A DNA stretch of 47,309 bases from an uncultured Gammaproteobacteria bacterium (GTDB lineage Bacteria > Pseudomonadota > Gammaproteobacteria > Thiohalorhabdales > CAYUWI01). Each line of letters opens with the position of its first letter. Within the stretch, counting starts at the first letter, position 1. Location: contig CAYUWI010000001.1 in assembly GCA_964448275.1 (NCBI GenBank), positions 1-47,309 on the forward strand. The letters are read 5' to 3'. The notes below the pieces were generated by a model. It saw only the letters and a program-made list of their open reading frames with translations, did not search any database and was not told the origin of the DNA. Shown here piece after piece: positions 29,683 to 41,531 of this stretch. The position numbers and the translations under genes were made by a program.

Positions 29683-30273
29683 ATTGCCCGGCCACTCTCT
29701 CCCTTTTCTTGCCTCTGTAATCCTATCGTAGCAAATCTCGGATTTGTCCCCCTAGCCGCCTTCGCCGGCAACGGCCCTGCGGGCGAAGGAGCCCACCCAC
29801 GAGATTGCTACTTTGCCTACTGGCGCCTGGCAATGACCGCTCCTTGGGTAGGTCAGAGGGCCTCGCCCTCGCCAAGGGCGCGCCATGCCAGCCACGGGCC
29901 TCGTCAGTGGGGGCGGCGGTAAAGCGATTTCCATTAATGACTCGGTTGCTGACCGAAGCGGAGAAGCAGATTGTAGATTTCAGTGTCCGTCTAGGAATTC
30001 AGGGTTTACACCAGTATGGGCCTGGACCGAGGCAGTATCCAGGATCCAACCATCCCGCATAGCAGCAGGAAGGCCATCTTGGGCGGCCTGCTGGCGGTTC
30101 GGCCCCCTCAAGCATCCCACGGGAGCCCAAAGGGAGCCACCGAGGTCAAAGTATGGGGCTTTACCCAATTCGAGGAGCGAACTGCTTATAGACAGGTCTT
30201 ATCTGAAGACCCGATCCATGAGACAAGCCTAGTGGGCTTTGCCTGATTTTTGAGTTGACGTATTCTAGAAGAT

Positions 30274-31917
30274 ATGGATCAACCTGCTCCATCCACCTAC
30301 TACACTGACGTCCTGATAATCGGTGGCGGGATCGCCGGCCTAAGTCTAGCCCTCCACTTGGCCAATACGGTTCCGGTTACACTTTTGACCAAGGGCAAGT
30401 GTGGTGAGTCGGCTACCTTCTACGCCCAAGGCGGCATTGCGGCAGTACTCGCCTCTCACGACTCCTATACAGCTCACATTGAAGATACCCTAGAAGCGGG
30501 AGCCGGTCTGTGCCAACAGGAGGCGGTTGAGTACATGGTTAAATGGGGTCCCACTGCTGTCGAGCGCCTCATTCAACTAGGCGTACCCTTCACCCGAGAA
30601 ACTGGTGAAGAAGGGCCTCTTAGTTCCTACCACCTCAGTCAGGAGGGCGGCCATAGCCACCGCCGGATCATCCACGCTGCTGATGCCACTGGACGCGCCG
30701 TCGAAACGACTCTTCTAGAGGCTGTTCAACGCCATTCCAACATTGAGCTCTTGGATGGTCACGTAGCAGTCTCCCTGATTACTGCGGACGAGCTCGCTCA
30801 TTCCGGCAGATCCCCTCAAGGACCGTGCTGGGGCACTTATGCCTTGAACACCTACACTGGGCAAGTGTTCGGTTTCGGTGCCAAGGTCACGGTGTTAGCC
30901 ACCGGAGGGGCAGGCAAGGTCTATCTCTATACCAGCAATCCCGACACGAGCACCGGCGATGGTATCGCCATGGCATATCGCGCAGGGTGTCGGATCGCCG
31001 ATATGGAGTTTATCCAATTCCACCCTACTTGCCTCTACCATCCTGCAGCCAAATCCTTTTTGATCTCTGAAGCGGTTCGCGGAGAAGGCGGATTGCTCCG
31101 CCTCACCAATGGTGAACCCTTTATGGCGAAGCACCATCCTCGGGCAGAGTTGGCACCACGTGATATCGTCGCCCGTGCAATTGATTTTGAGATGAAACGC
31201 ACTGGGGACGACCATGTCTATCTAGACATTAGCCACCAACCAGCCTCCTTCATTCGGGCTCATTTCCCCACCATTTATGCCCGGTGCTTGGAATACGGAT
31301 TCGATATGACCCGAGAACCACTCCCAGTCGTCCCTGCCGCCCACTACACCTGTGGGGGAATAATGACCGATCTCCAAGGGAAAAGCGATCTAGAACGGCT
31401 CTATGCCATTGGCGAGACCACTCATACCGGCTTCCATGGCGCCAATCGGCTTGCGAGTAATTCGCTTTTAGAGGGCCTGGTGGGCGCAAAAAGCGCGGGA
31501 GAGGCCATCCGTCAGGACCTTGCCTCGCAAAGGGACCAACCGATACCTGAGATCCCACCTTGGGATACCAGTCGGATCCGAGACTCTGAGGAAGAGGTGG
31601 TGGTCGCCCATAACTGGGCAGAGTTGCGCCAATTTGCCTGGGACTACATCGGCATTGTTCGAACGACTAAGCGGCTTGCTCGGGCCAAACGACGGGTCGA
31701 CATGCTAAAAAGCGAGATCGAGGAGTATTACAGCAACTTCACTTTGACCCAGGATCTGATCGAGCTGCGCCACCTGGTCCTGGTCGCTGACCTCATCATC
31801 CAGTCCGCGCAAAACCGCAAGGAGAGTCGGGGATTGCACTACAATCTCGACTACCCCGAAGCCGACTCGACTCGCCCCCCGCAACACACCATACTGCACA
31901 GTAAAGATGCGACCTAG
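30274..31917 (+). CDS. nadB: L-aspartate oxidase
   Basis: 547 aa with DVLIIGGGIAGLSLAL, YAQGGIAA and HPTCL..RGEGG. Divergent from rpoE, as in E. coli and Pseudomonas. Confidence 0.95.
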   Translation: MDQPAPSTYYTDVLIIGGGIAGLSLALHLANTVPVTLLTKGKCGESATFYAQGGIAAVLASHDSYTAHIEDTLEAGAGLCQQEAVEYMVKWGPTAVERLIQLGVPFTRETGEEGPLSSYHLSQEGGHSHRRIIHAADATGRAVETTLLEAVQRHSNIELLDGHVAVSLITADELAHSGRSPQGPCWGTYALNTYTGQVFGFGAKVTVLATGGAGKVYLYTSNPDTSTGDGIAMAYRAGCRIADMEFIQFHPTCLYHPAAKSFLISEAVRGEGGLLRLTNGEPFMAKHHPRAELAPRDIVARAIDFEMKRTGDDHVYLDISHQPASFIRAHFPTIYARCLEYGFDMTREPLPVVPAAHYTCGGIMTDLQGKSDLERLYAIGETTHTGFHGANRLASNSLLEGLVGAKSAGEAIRQDLASQRDQPIPEIPPWDTSRIRDSEEEVVVAHNWAELRQFAWDYIGIVRTTKRLARAKRRVDMLKSEIEEYYSNFTLTQDLIELRHLVLVADLIIQSAQNRKESRGLHYNLDYPEADSTRPPQHTILHSKDAT

Positions 31918-32624
31918 TCTGAGGCTTTGCTGCGGTGCTTTAAGAGCGCCTGTTTGAGCTCCCCAATCGCAGCGGTCGGATTCAGACCTTTGGGGCAGAA
32001 CTCAGCGCAATTCATGATCGTCCGGCACCGAAAGAGCTTAAAGGTGTCATTGAGGAAGTCGAGCCGTTTCTCACCTTCTGTGTCCCGAGTATCGGCAATG
32101 AAGCGTTGTGCCTGAAGGAGGGCAGCGGGGCCAAGGAAGCTGTCCGGATGCCACCAATAGGAAGGACATGCGGTAGTGCAGCAAGCGCACAAGATACATT
32201 CATAGAGCCCATTAAGTCTTTCTCGCTCCTCTGGGAACTGAAGGCGTTCACGTTCGGGCTCCTGGGCCTGATTTTCCAGATAGGGCTGAATAGAGCGATA
32301 GTGGGCATAGAACTGGCTTAGATCCACTACCAGATCCTTGATCACTGGATAGCCCGGCAAGGGGCGCACCGAGATCGGCTCCTTGAGCTTTGCCAAAGGG
32401 GTAATGCAGGCCAGCCCGTTACGGCCATTGATATTGATCGCGTCACTGCCACAGATCCCCTCTCGACATGAGCGACGAAAGGTCAAAGAAGGATCTACTT
32501 CTTCCTTTAGGGCCTCCAAGGCATCCAACAACATTGGCCCTCCTGGCTCAAAGTCTAGCCTAAGGGTCTGCATCCAGGGCTGCTCGTCCCTTTCGGGGTC
32601 GTACCGGTAAATGGAAAAGTGCAT
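31914..32624 (-). CDS. sdhB: Succinate dehydrogenase iron-sulfur subunit
   Basis: CREGICGSDAININGRNGLAC, CILCACCTTACPSYWW and CRTIMNCAEFCPKGL cluster motifs. GGGAGG RBS. Confidence 0.96.
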   Translation of the reverse strand: MHFSIYRYDPERDEQPWMQTLRLDFEPGGPMLLDALEALKEEVDPSLTFRRSCREGICGSDAININGRNGLACITPLAKLKEPISVRPLPGYPVIKDLVVDLSQFYAHYRSIQPYLENQAQEPERERLQFPEERERLNGLYECILCACCTTACPSYWWHPDSFLGPAALLQAQRFIADTRDTEGEKRLDFLNDTFKLFRCRTIMNCAEFCPKGLNPTAAIGELKQALLKHRSKASD

Positions 32625-32898
32625 CTGTACCTCCCAACGGGATCCACCCTACCTTCGAGCCTGAAAAGACCCGATTATTTCTGCAACTCGGCAACTTGAA
32701 CCCAGTGTAGACCCTGTGGCCTTTCGAACAAGGGACAACGCGCAACCCTCATTAGAGAGGCTGGCTAAAGGCACGCTCTCACACAATTTAGACGGTTGAA
32801 AGCCAGCGAGCCTTTTCCACTCTGACCAGCAGGTTAGGGGGACTTGACAGAGCAGGGTAAAGTCCAACAGCTTGTTTGTCGTGGGGCTGACCCCGTGC

Positions 32899-34686
32899 CT
32901 AGTAGACTCGTTCTTTAGGAGGGAACGGTTCGACATGAAGGGGTTGCAGTCGCACCGGCTTGTAAGCTAGCCGGACACCCTCTAAGTAGAATAAGGAGTG
33001 CCTTAGCCAGTCTTGGTCATTACGCTCCGGCCACTCAGCGCGTAGATGGGCGCCGCGGCTCTCTTGGCGCGCCCAAGCCGAGTAAGCGATCGCTAGGGCG
33101 ACCTGGTACATATTGTGCAACTCGAGCGCCTGGATCCGGGCTGTATTGAAAACGGCGCTGTGATCTCCGATATCAATCCATTCCATCCGTTCGCCGAGTT
33201 CTGTAAGTCGCCTCCGGCCTTCTTCGAGGAGTTTGGTCTCCCGAAATACCCCAAAGTGGCTCTCCATCAGGTTTTGCAACTCCCGCCGCAATCGAGCAGG
33301 GTTCTCCTCCCCATTGGGGGCATCCAATCGGGCCAAACGCTCATGGGCCTGATCGACTGCCTCGGCCGGTAGCGGGCGATGGGAGCGATCCTCGTCCAAC
33401 CACGCTCGGATACGTTGGCCGGCCGCTCGCCCAAAGGCGATAATATCGAGTAGGGAATTCCCACCCAGCCGGTTGGCCCCATGGACAGAGACACAGGCGC
33501 ACTCACCAATCGCATAGAGGCCAGGTATTGTATCGGTGTGATCAACGCCGTCTGGACCGACTACCACCTCCCCGTAGCGGTTGGTGGGGATCCCCCCCAT
33601 CGTGTAATGGCTGGTCGGATAGACTGGGATCGGTTCCCGAACGGGGTCTACTTTGGCAAAGGTGCGCGCGCTATCTCGAATCCCAGGCAGCCGTTTGTTA
33701 ATGAGTTCCTCGCCGAGGTGGTCAAGTTTCAGATGGACATAGTTACCCTCTGGGCCACACCCCCTACCCTCCCGGACCTCAGTGGCAATGGCGCGGCTCA
33801 ACACGTCCCGACTGGCCAAATCGAGCGTATGCGGGGCATAGTGCTCCATAAATCGCTCACCCAAGCGGTTCACAAGATATCCCCCCTCGCCTCGGGCCCC
33901 CTCGGTAATCAGTACCCCAATCCCGTAGATCCCAGTGGGATGGAATTGACAGAACTCCATATCCTCCAGTGGCAGCCCGGCTCGGAGTACCAAGGCGAGA
34001 CCGTCCCCCGTGTTACTCTGAGCGTTGGTGGTGGTAGCGTAGACTCGGCCTACCCCACCGGTTGCGATCAAGGTGGCTTTGGCTTGGATGATGACCAACT
34101 CCCCAGTGGCAATCTCCATCACCACTGCCCCCAACACGACGCCCTCGTCATCGCGGATCAAGTCAAGCGCGAAGTACTCATCAAAGAAGTGGGTATCCGT
34201 TCGGATATTTTGCTGGAATAGGGTATGTAGAATGGCATGACCCGTCCGATCAGCCGCAGCGCAAGTACGAGCAGCTTGCGACTTTCCGAACTCAAGGCTT
34301 TGTCCTCCGAAGGGACGCTGATAGATCCGACCGCTTTCGATGCGGGAGAAAGGGACCCCTTCGTGCTCTAGCTCGATAACCAGTTCTTGGGCAACCTGGC
34401 ACATATACTCCACGGCGTCCTGATCAGCAAGGTAATCACTCGCCTTGATGGTGTCATACATATGCCAGATCCAATGGTCCTCCCCCATATTCCCTAGGGT
34501 CGCATTGATTCCGCCCTGAGCAGCCACTGTGTGTGATCGTGTCGGAAACAGTTTAGACACCACCGCAGTGGAGAACCCGACCTGACTGAGCTCCTGCGCT
34601 GCTCGCATCCCCGCACCCCCCGCCCCGATCACCAGTGTATCGAAGCGCCGAACTGGGGTATTCTGTTGTACCCTGTATCCGGCCAT
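32899..34686 (-). CDS. sdhA: Succinate dehydrogenase flavoprotein subunit
   Basis: 595 aa with [26 protein letters not shown] (FAD His) and [15 protein letters not shown]. Confidence 0.97.
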   Translation of the reverse strand: MAGYRVQQNTPVRRFDTLVIGAGGAGMRAAQELSQVGFSTAVVSKLFPTRSHTVAAQGGINATLGNMGEDHWIWHMYDTIKASDYLADQDAVEYMCQVAQELVIELEHEGVPFSRIESGRIYQRPFGGQSLEFGKSQAARTCAAADRTGHAILHTLFQQNIRTDTHFFDEYFALDLIRDDEGVVLGAVVMEIATGELVIIQAKATLIATGGVGRVYATTTNAQSNTGDGLALVLRAGLPLEDMEFCQFHPTGIYGIGVLITEGARGEGGYLVNRLGERFMEHYAPHTLDLASRDVLSRAIATEVREGRGCGPEGNYVHLKLDHLGEELINKRLPGIRDSARTFAKVDPVREPIPVYPTSHYTMGGIPTNRYGEVVVGPDGVDHTDTIPGLYAIGECACVSVHGANRLGGNSLLDIIAFGRAAGQRIRAWLDEDRSHRPLPAEAVDQAHERLARLDAPNGEENPARLRRELQNLMESHFGVFRETKLLEEGRRRLTELGERMEWIDIGDHSAVFNTARIQALELHNMYQVALAIAYSAWARQESRGAHLRAEWPERNDQDWLRHSLFYLEGVRLAYKPVRLQPLHVEPFPPKERVY

Positions 34687-34701
34687 CTTATCCCTTGTCG
34701 T

Positions 34702-35037
34702 TTATAGCGTGGTGATCCAGATCATCCCCCATGCAGTGAACGCCACGAGTATGAGGATCAACACTGCCATGACAGCGATTTGTCCCTTTTGCAAAGGGAT
34801 GTAATCCAAGACGATATCCCGCAGCCCGATATAGGCGTGAAGACCAACTGCAATAAAAAATACCAGGAAACCGATACGAACCGCAGCTAGACCAAGCCAT
34901 GCCCGCCACTGCCCATAATCGGTAGGGGGGTAGAAGGCGAGCCAGCCGAGGAACAGGAGCAGGAATAGACCGATATAGATTGCACTCACGCGCTGCCACC
35001 ACCACGCCCTCAAACCCGAACTGCCACTATCGAGCAT
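34702..35037 (-). CDS. sdhD: Succinate dehydrogenase membrane anchor subunit SdhD
   Basis: 111 aa, three TM helices, GLHAYIGLRDIVLDYI (heme His region). Position is between sdhC and sdhA. Confidence 0.85.
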   Translation of the reverse strand: MLDSGSSGLRAWWWQRVSAIYIGLFLLLFLGWLAFYPPTDYGQWRAWLGLAAVRIGFLVFFIAVGLHAYIGLRDIVLDYIPLQKGQIAVMAVLILILVAFTAWGMIWITTL

Positions 35038-35046
35038 ATCCCCTCC

Positions 35047-35442
35047 TCAGGGCCAAACGGCCCACACAACGAATGCCGCAACAGCCACGGCCCCGCCTAA
35101 CGTTACCCAGGCGCTACGCCGAGCAACACGAAGACGTGCACCTACCCCAGCCTCGATCAAGATGACCCGAATCCCAAAGAGCAGGTGGTGAACCGCGCTC
35201 CCCCCTATCCCACCGAGCAACAACGCTGACCACGGGGTATTCAGGAGTTCACAGAGCTGGGCAAAGTGGCTTGGGGAACGGGTACTATAATCCAAGCATC
35301 CCAACCCCACCGGCAATACAAGGACGAGGAGTAGACCAGTTATACGATGGAGGATAGAGGCTACGGCCCCGATAGGGAAGTGAAGCCGACGTAAGTCGAG
35401 GAAGATGGGGGCAGATCGTTGCCTTTCGGGAGTCTGGACCAT
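35047..35442 (-). CDS. sdhC: Succinate dehydrogenase cytochrome b556 subunit SdhC
   Basis: PIFLDLRRLHFPIGAVASILHRITG plus three TM helices. The start is uncertain (ATG 35442 or TTG 35478). Confidence 0.8.
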   Translation of the reverse strand: MVQTPERQRSAPIFLDLRRLHFPIGAVASILHRITGLLLVLVLPVGLGCLDYSTRSPSHFAQLCELLNTPWSALLLGGIGGSAVHHLLFGIRVILIEAGVGARLRVARRSAWVTLGGAVAVAAFVVWAVWP

Positions 35443-35682
35443 AGCAGCAGTATATTGTAGGGATCCGGAGCGGCTCAATCACCTGCCAACTTTAGCCAGG
35501 AAAAGGCCATCTAGGCTAGACCAAGTTGAAGAGGTACGATATAGGAGGAATGGATCGAGATATCCATCACCCTCCATAGGCCCTCTCCAGCAGGATGAGG
35601 CATGGGAAAGGAAGTCCAACCCCTCACCACCGAGAATAATTGGGCAAGCTATACTATCTATCGATGAGGTGATCTGCGAGCC

Positions 35683-36723
35683 ATGCAAGTCGACTGGCAC
35701 ACATTCCTTGAGCAACAGGGTGGACAGATTCACAATCAAGAAGTGAGGGATTTCGGGGACATGTGGGCCGAGCTTGGGTATGTCCAAGCCGACGAGACCA
35801 TCATCAGTGATCTAAGCAACCGGGGCCTTCTCCTTGCAACTGGATCCGAGGTCCTGTCTTTCCTACAAGGGCAACTGACTAATGACGTCATGCCCGCGGC
35901 TGAGGGCTACCCGATCTTGGCTGCCCACCTTAACCCGAAAGGCCGAGTTTTGGCGAACCTGCTCATATTCCCATTCGAGGAGGGATATGCCCTCGATTTC
36001 CCAGGGAGTATGGTGGCAAGCCTCCAAAAGCGCCTAACCATGTTTGTGCTGCGCGCAGATGTCCGGATACACAACGCTTGTGATACTTGGATCCGACTCG
36101 GCGTGACTGGACGCTTTGCTGCTCATGCTGCCGCAGCCAGCATCGGAGCAGAGATTGTGGATGACCATCAGGTCACCAAGGGGGAATCTGGCACAAGCGT
36201 TCCCTTGCCTGGTCCGATTCCGGCCTTTTTGATCCTGGGTCCACAGACAGCAAGTCCTGAGATCTGGTCGCGTGCCCTTGCCACTGCCCACCCTGTAGGT
36301 GACCCGGCTTGGCGCCTGGCGCGGATCCGGGCAGGTGTCCCAGAAATCGGAGCAGCCAATAGTGAGGCCTTTATCCCCCAAGAGGCCAACCTGGAACCCC
36401 TATCTGGGATCAGCTATACCAAGGGGTGCTACACGGGTCAGGAGGTAGTGGCCCGGACCAAGCATCTGGGACGCTTGAAGCGTCGCACCTATCGGATCCA
36501 CAGCAGTGGGCCCCTGAGCCCCGGACAGCTCCTCTATGCAGCCTCCGAAGACCAAAGCCAAGGCCGCATTATCGAAGCTGCCCCAGCACCTGAAGGCGGC
36601 TTTGAGGCCTTGGCCGTTATCCGAATCGAGACCGCAGAGGCGAGGTCCCCACTCTTCCCTGAGGGCCAACCTGAGCTAACAGTCCAGCTCTTGGATCTCC
36701 CCTATTCTATAGTAACCCAATGA
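35683..36723 (+). CDS. ygfZ: Folate-binding tRNA-modification/Fe-S-related protein YgfZ (GcvT-like)
   Basis: 346 aa with the signature YTKGCYTGQEVVARTKHLGRLKRR. Confidence 0.85.
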   Translation: MQVDWHTFLEQQGGQIHNQEVRDFGDMWAELGYVQADETIISDLSNRGLLLATGSEVLSFLQGQLTNDVMPAAEGYPILAAHLNPKGRVLANLLIFPFEEGYALDFPGSMVASLQKRLTMFVLRADVRIHNACDTWIRLGVTGRFAAHAAAASIGAEIVDDHQVTKGESGTSVPLPGPIPAFLILGPQTASPEIWSRALATAHPVGDPAWRLARIRAGVPEIGAANSEAFIPQEANLEPLSGISYTKGCYTGQEVVARTKHLGRLKRRTYRIHSSGPLSPGQLLYAASEDQSQGRIIEAAPAPEGGFEALAVIRIETAEARSPLFPEGQPELTVQLLDLPYSIVTQ

Positions 36724-37028
36724 TGAGCCACATTTGGGGCTATTTCATCTACTACCGTCTCACCCCAGAAGCAGCCCAGGCCGCCCCTTGGGCGGCCCTA
36801 TTCGCCCACATTGTCGAGGCAACGGGAGTACAAGGCCGACTCTACGGACCGGGACTCGATGGCCAAACGTGGATGGAGGTCTACGAACCCATCTTGGCAG
36901 AGGACCAGGAGCACTTTGAGGAGCACCTCCAAAGGGCTATTCGGGAGTTCGGGATGGAGACCCTACTCCAGGCAGGGGAGCGCCGCCATCTTGAACGGTT
37001 CCCCAGCCACGGCCCAATTACCGGTTGA
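36720..37028 (+). CDS. DUF4936 family protein
   Basis: 102 aa with the pattern ..YYRLTPE..GQTWMEVYEP..RRHLERF, typical of DUF4936. ATGA overlap with the ygfZ stop suggests co-translation. Confidence 0.55.
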   Translation: MMSHIWGYFIYYRLTPEAAQAAPWAALFAHIVEATGVQGRLYGPGLDGQTWMEVYEPILAEDQEHFEEHLQRAIREFGMETLLQAGERRHLERFPSHGPITG

Positions 37029-37051
37029 GATCGGGGCCACCAGGTTGCCTC

Positions 37052-37366
37052 TCACCTTTTTGTAGGAGGCTCTATTACCCGAATAAAGATCTCGCCTTCC
37101 CGGATCATACCGAGATCTTCACGTGCACGCCGCTCAATGGCCTGACCGACAGTGCGTAGGTTTTCTACCTCGGCGCGCAACTCTGCATTCTGCCGCTTGA
37201 GCCGATTCACCTTCTGTTCAAGGTGGGTCAATCTGCTCTTGTGTTCCCAGAACACCCGCCAATTGTGCTCACCAAGCCAAAGGCTATACTGGAGCCATAT
37301 CAGTAGACCGACCAGGATTGCGACCCCAATCCGCACCTCATGCCTCGCTACTGCCCTCGCTGTCAC
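37052..37366 (-). CDS. ftsB: Cell division protein FtsB
   Basis: TM segment ([18 protein letters not shown]), a coiled coil ([22 protein letters not shown]) and [15 protein letters not shown] 37366 overlaps the eno end. An alternative GTG at 37336 lies just after the eno stop. Confidence 0.85.
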   Translation of the reverse strand: MTARAVARHEVRIGVAILVGLLIWLQYSLWLGEHNWRVFWEHKSRLTHLEQKVNRLKRQNAELRAEVENLRTVGQAIERRAREDLGMIREGEIFIRVIEPPTKR

Positions 37367-38645
37367 GACGCCTCGATAAGGCGTTCGTTCCCAGAAACTG
37401 GGCCTCTTCTCCGAGTTCCTCAGCGATCTTGAGTAATCGGTTGTATTTGGCTATACGCTCACCTCGAGCAGCCGAACCGGCCTTGATCTGACCACAGTTA
37501 GCCGCTACAGCGAGATCCGCAATCAGCGGATCCTCAGTCTCCCCCGAGCGGTGGGAAACGATGACGGCGTAGCCAGCACGCCTAGCCAACTCGATAACCT
37601 CCAAGGTCTGGGAGAGGGTACCGATCTGATTGACCTTAACCAGGATGGCGTTCCCTACCCCCCGGTAGATCCCCTCGGCTAGGATCTCTCTATTAGTCAC
37701 AAAGAGGTCATCACCGACCAACTGAGTCGTCGTTTCCAGGCGTTCAGTCAGGGCCTGCCACCCTTCCCAATCGTTTTGATCCATCCCATCCTCAATGGAG
37801 GCGATCGGGAAGCGGTTCGTCAAACCCTCTAGATAATCGATGAACTCGGTTACAGAAAGGTGCCGCCCCTCGCTCGTTAGGCGATAACCTCCTTCGGTAA
37901 AGAGTTCAGAGGCAGCCACATCCAAGGCCAAGAAGACCTCGCGACCGGGTTGATAGCCAGCCTTTTGGATCGCCTGGACAAGGAGCTCTAAGGCCATCTC
38001 ATTGGAATCTAGATCAGGAGCAAATCCCCCCTCATCGCCCACTGTGGTGGTGTATCCATTCCCCCTCAAGAGGCTCTTCAGGTGGTGGAAGATCTCCACT
38101 CCACACCGGAGGGCGTCGGTAAACCGCGAAAAGCCGACCGGAACGACCATGCATTCCTGGAGGTCAAGTCGGTTATCGGCATGTACCCCACCGTTAATTA
38201 GGTTCATCAAGGGGAGTGGAAGGGTACTAGCCCCCACCCCACCTAGATATCGATAAAGGGGTAATCCACTCTCCTCGGCAGCTGCCCGGGCATTGGCCAA
38301 TGAGATTCCCAGTACTGCATTGGCGCCAAGACGTGCCTTGTTTGCGGTGCCGTCAGCAGCCATTAGGGTCCGATCGATATGGCGCTGATCTTGGGCATCC
38401 AGTCCAAGTACCGCTTCTCGAAGCTCCTCATTACAATGGCTTACTGCTGTAAGAACCCCTTTACCGAGGTAGTAATTCTTGTCTCCGTCACGGAGTTCGA
38501 CTGCCTCCCTCTGACCGGTGGAGGCCCCACTTGGCACAGCCGCTCGTCCATTTGCCCCACTCTCCAGCCACACCCCCGCCTCGAGTGTCGGATACCCTCG
38601 GGAATCCAGGATCTCACGACTGCGAACCTCGACGATAGCACTCAC
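37338..38645 (-). CDS. eno: Enolase (phosphopyruvate hydratase)
   Basis: 435 aa with [20 protein letters not shown] and LLKVNQIGT-like motifs. GTG start with AAGGAGGGAGC upstream. Confidence 0.97.
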   Translation of the reverse strand: MSAIVEVRSREILDSRGYPTLEAGVWLESGANGRAAVPSGASTGQREAVELRDGDKNYYLGKGVLTAVSHCNEELREAVLGLDAQDQRHIDRTLMAADGTANKARLGANAVLGISLANARAAAEESGLPLYRYLGGVGASTLPLPLMNLINGGVHADNRLDLQECMVVPVGFSRFTDALRCGVEIFHHLKSLLRGNGYTTTVGDEGGFAPDLDSNEMALELLVQAIQKAGYQPGREVFLALDVAASELFTEGGYRLTSEGRHLSVTEFIDYLEGLTNRFPIASIEDGMDQNDWEGWQALTERLETTTQLVGDDLFVTNREILAEGIYRGVGNAILVKVNQIGTLSQTLEVIELARRAGYAVIVSHRSGETEDPLIADLAVAANCGQIKAGSAARGERIAKYNRLLKIAEELGEEAQFLGTNALSRRRDSEGSSEA

Positions 38646-38894
38646 GCTCCCTCCTTACGTCCAATACCCCTACTTCCCCATCTATAAGCGGGAACCGAGG
38701 CCGATTCAGGCCATCAAGAGCACTCACCCGCTGCAAAGCGGTACGCTCTCGGCGGCTCCATTTCCTCTTAACCTAACCCCAAGGGGTTAGGCAACTGTTA
38801 TCTCCAATTACCCGCTCCCCGGCCAGTAGGCACCTTCCATGCTGTCTACATACTGACGCTATAAACACCGGGTGGTAGTTGCTCAGGGATGGTA

Positions 38895-39731
38895 TTACGA
38901 GGGCTCAGCCCGAGTTAGCCCTGACTTGACCACGTGATCCAGTGAAACGAGTCGTTCCAGTAAGGCTCCCATGCGATCCAAAGGCCACATAGTCGGGCCA
39001 TCACTGGGGGCCCGGTCCGGGGCCTCATGGGTCTCCATGAATAGCCCATCGATCCCAGCCCCAACTGCCGCCTGGGCAAGGACTGGAACGAACTCCCGCT
39101 GGCCATCCGAGCTCGACCCCCTCCCCCCGGGGAGTTGAACCGAATGGGTGGCATCGAACACAACCGGGGATTGGGTCTCTCGCAGGATAGCCAGTGAACG
39201 CATATCACTGACTAGATTGTTGTAGCCGAACAGGGTACCGCGCTCACAGACAAGGACGGCCTCATTCCCAACTTGCCGTGCTTTGTCAACGACCTGGACC
39301 ATGTCCCAAGGGGCGAGAAACTGGCCCTTCTTGATATTGATCGGCCTACCCCCAGCAGCCACGGCCTGAATAAAATCGGTCTGACGACACAAAAGGGCGG
39401 GCGTCTGCAAAACATCGGCCACCTCTGCTACAGGGGTCACCTGGGACTCCGTATGAACATCAGTAAGCACCGGCACACCCAGCTGCTCCCGAACAGCTTG
39501 GAGCATTGCTAATCCCCTTTCCAAGCCCGGTCCGCGATAGGAAGCAACAGAGCTTCGGTTGGCCTTGTCGAAGCTGGACTTGTAAATCAGAGGGACAGAG
39601 TGTCGACGGCAGATCTCTTGTAGATGCCCAGCCACCTCCAGGGCGTGGTCGGTGCTCTCGAGCACACAAGGGCCAGCAATTAGTATAAATGGGGCGTGCC
39701 CACCAATCGGATAGCCACATAACTCTCGCAT
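38895..39731 (-). CDS. kdsA: 3-deoxy-8-phosphooctulonate (KDO-8-P) synthase
   Basis: [37 protein letters not shown] and [15 protein letters not shown] at 39731 has AAGGGGGA upstream. The 68-aa Arg/Gly-rich extension of the ORF (to 39935) overlaps pyrG and is rejected. Confidence 0.93.
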   Translation of the reverse strand: MRELCGYPIGGHAPFILIAGPCVLESTDHALEVAGHLQEICRRHSVPLIYKSSFDKANRSSVASYRGPGLERGLAMLQAVREQLGVPVLTDVHTESQVTPVAEVADVLQTPALLCRQTDFIQAVAAGGRPINIKKGQFLAPWDMVQVVDKARQVGNEAVLVCERGTLFGYNNLVSDMRSLAILRETQSPVVFDATHSVQLPGGRGSSSDGQREFVPVLAQAAVGAGIDGLFMETHEAPDRAPSDGPTMWPLDRMGALLERLVSLDHVVKSGLTRAEPS

Positions 39732-39742
39732 TGATCCCCCTT

Positions 39743-41527
<1,785 letters not shown>

Positions 41528-41531
41528 TCAG

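Noticed and set aside
29656-30232. ORFs 29656..29922 (+), 29805..30062 (+), 29885..30232 (+), 29752..29934 (-) and 29980..30168 (-) in the rpoE-nadB spacer, considered as genes.
   Set aside because: They overlap one another, lack SD sequences and have low-complexity Arg/Pro/Ser/Gly-rich translations. Only 30016..30246 is kept, as a weak candidate in the findings.
32560-32936. ORFs 32649..32936 (-) and 32560..32745 (-) in the sdhA-sdhB spacer.
   Set aside because: Each overlaps sdhA or sdhB out of frame. They have no SD and unprotein-like composition. One starts at a TTG chosen only because it is the first possible start.
33481-34221. 246-aa plus-strand ORF antisense to sdhA. Similar long antisense or alternate-frame ORFs occur at 39689..40453, 39460..40104, 10976..11530, 12932..13525, 21992..22606 and 25110..25508.
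   Set aside because: These lie entirely inside well-supported conserved genes. Their translations are Arg/Pro/Gly/Ser-rich with no recognisable motifs. They are typical shadow ORFs of GC-rich coding DNA.
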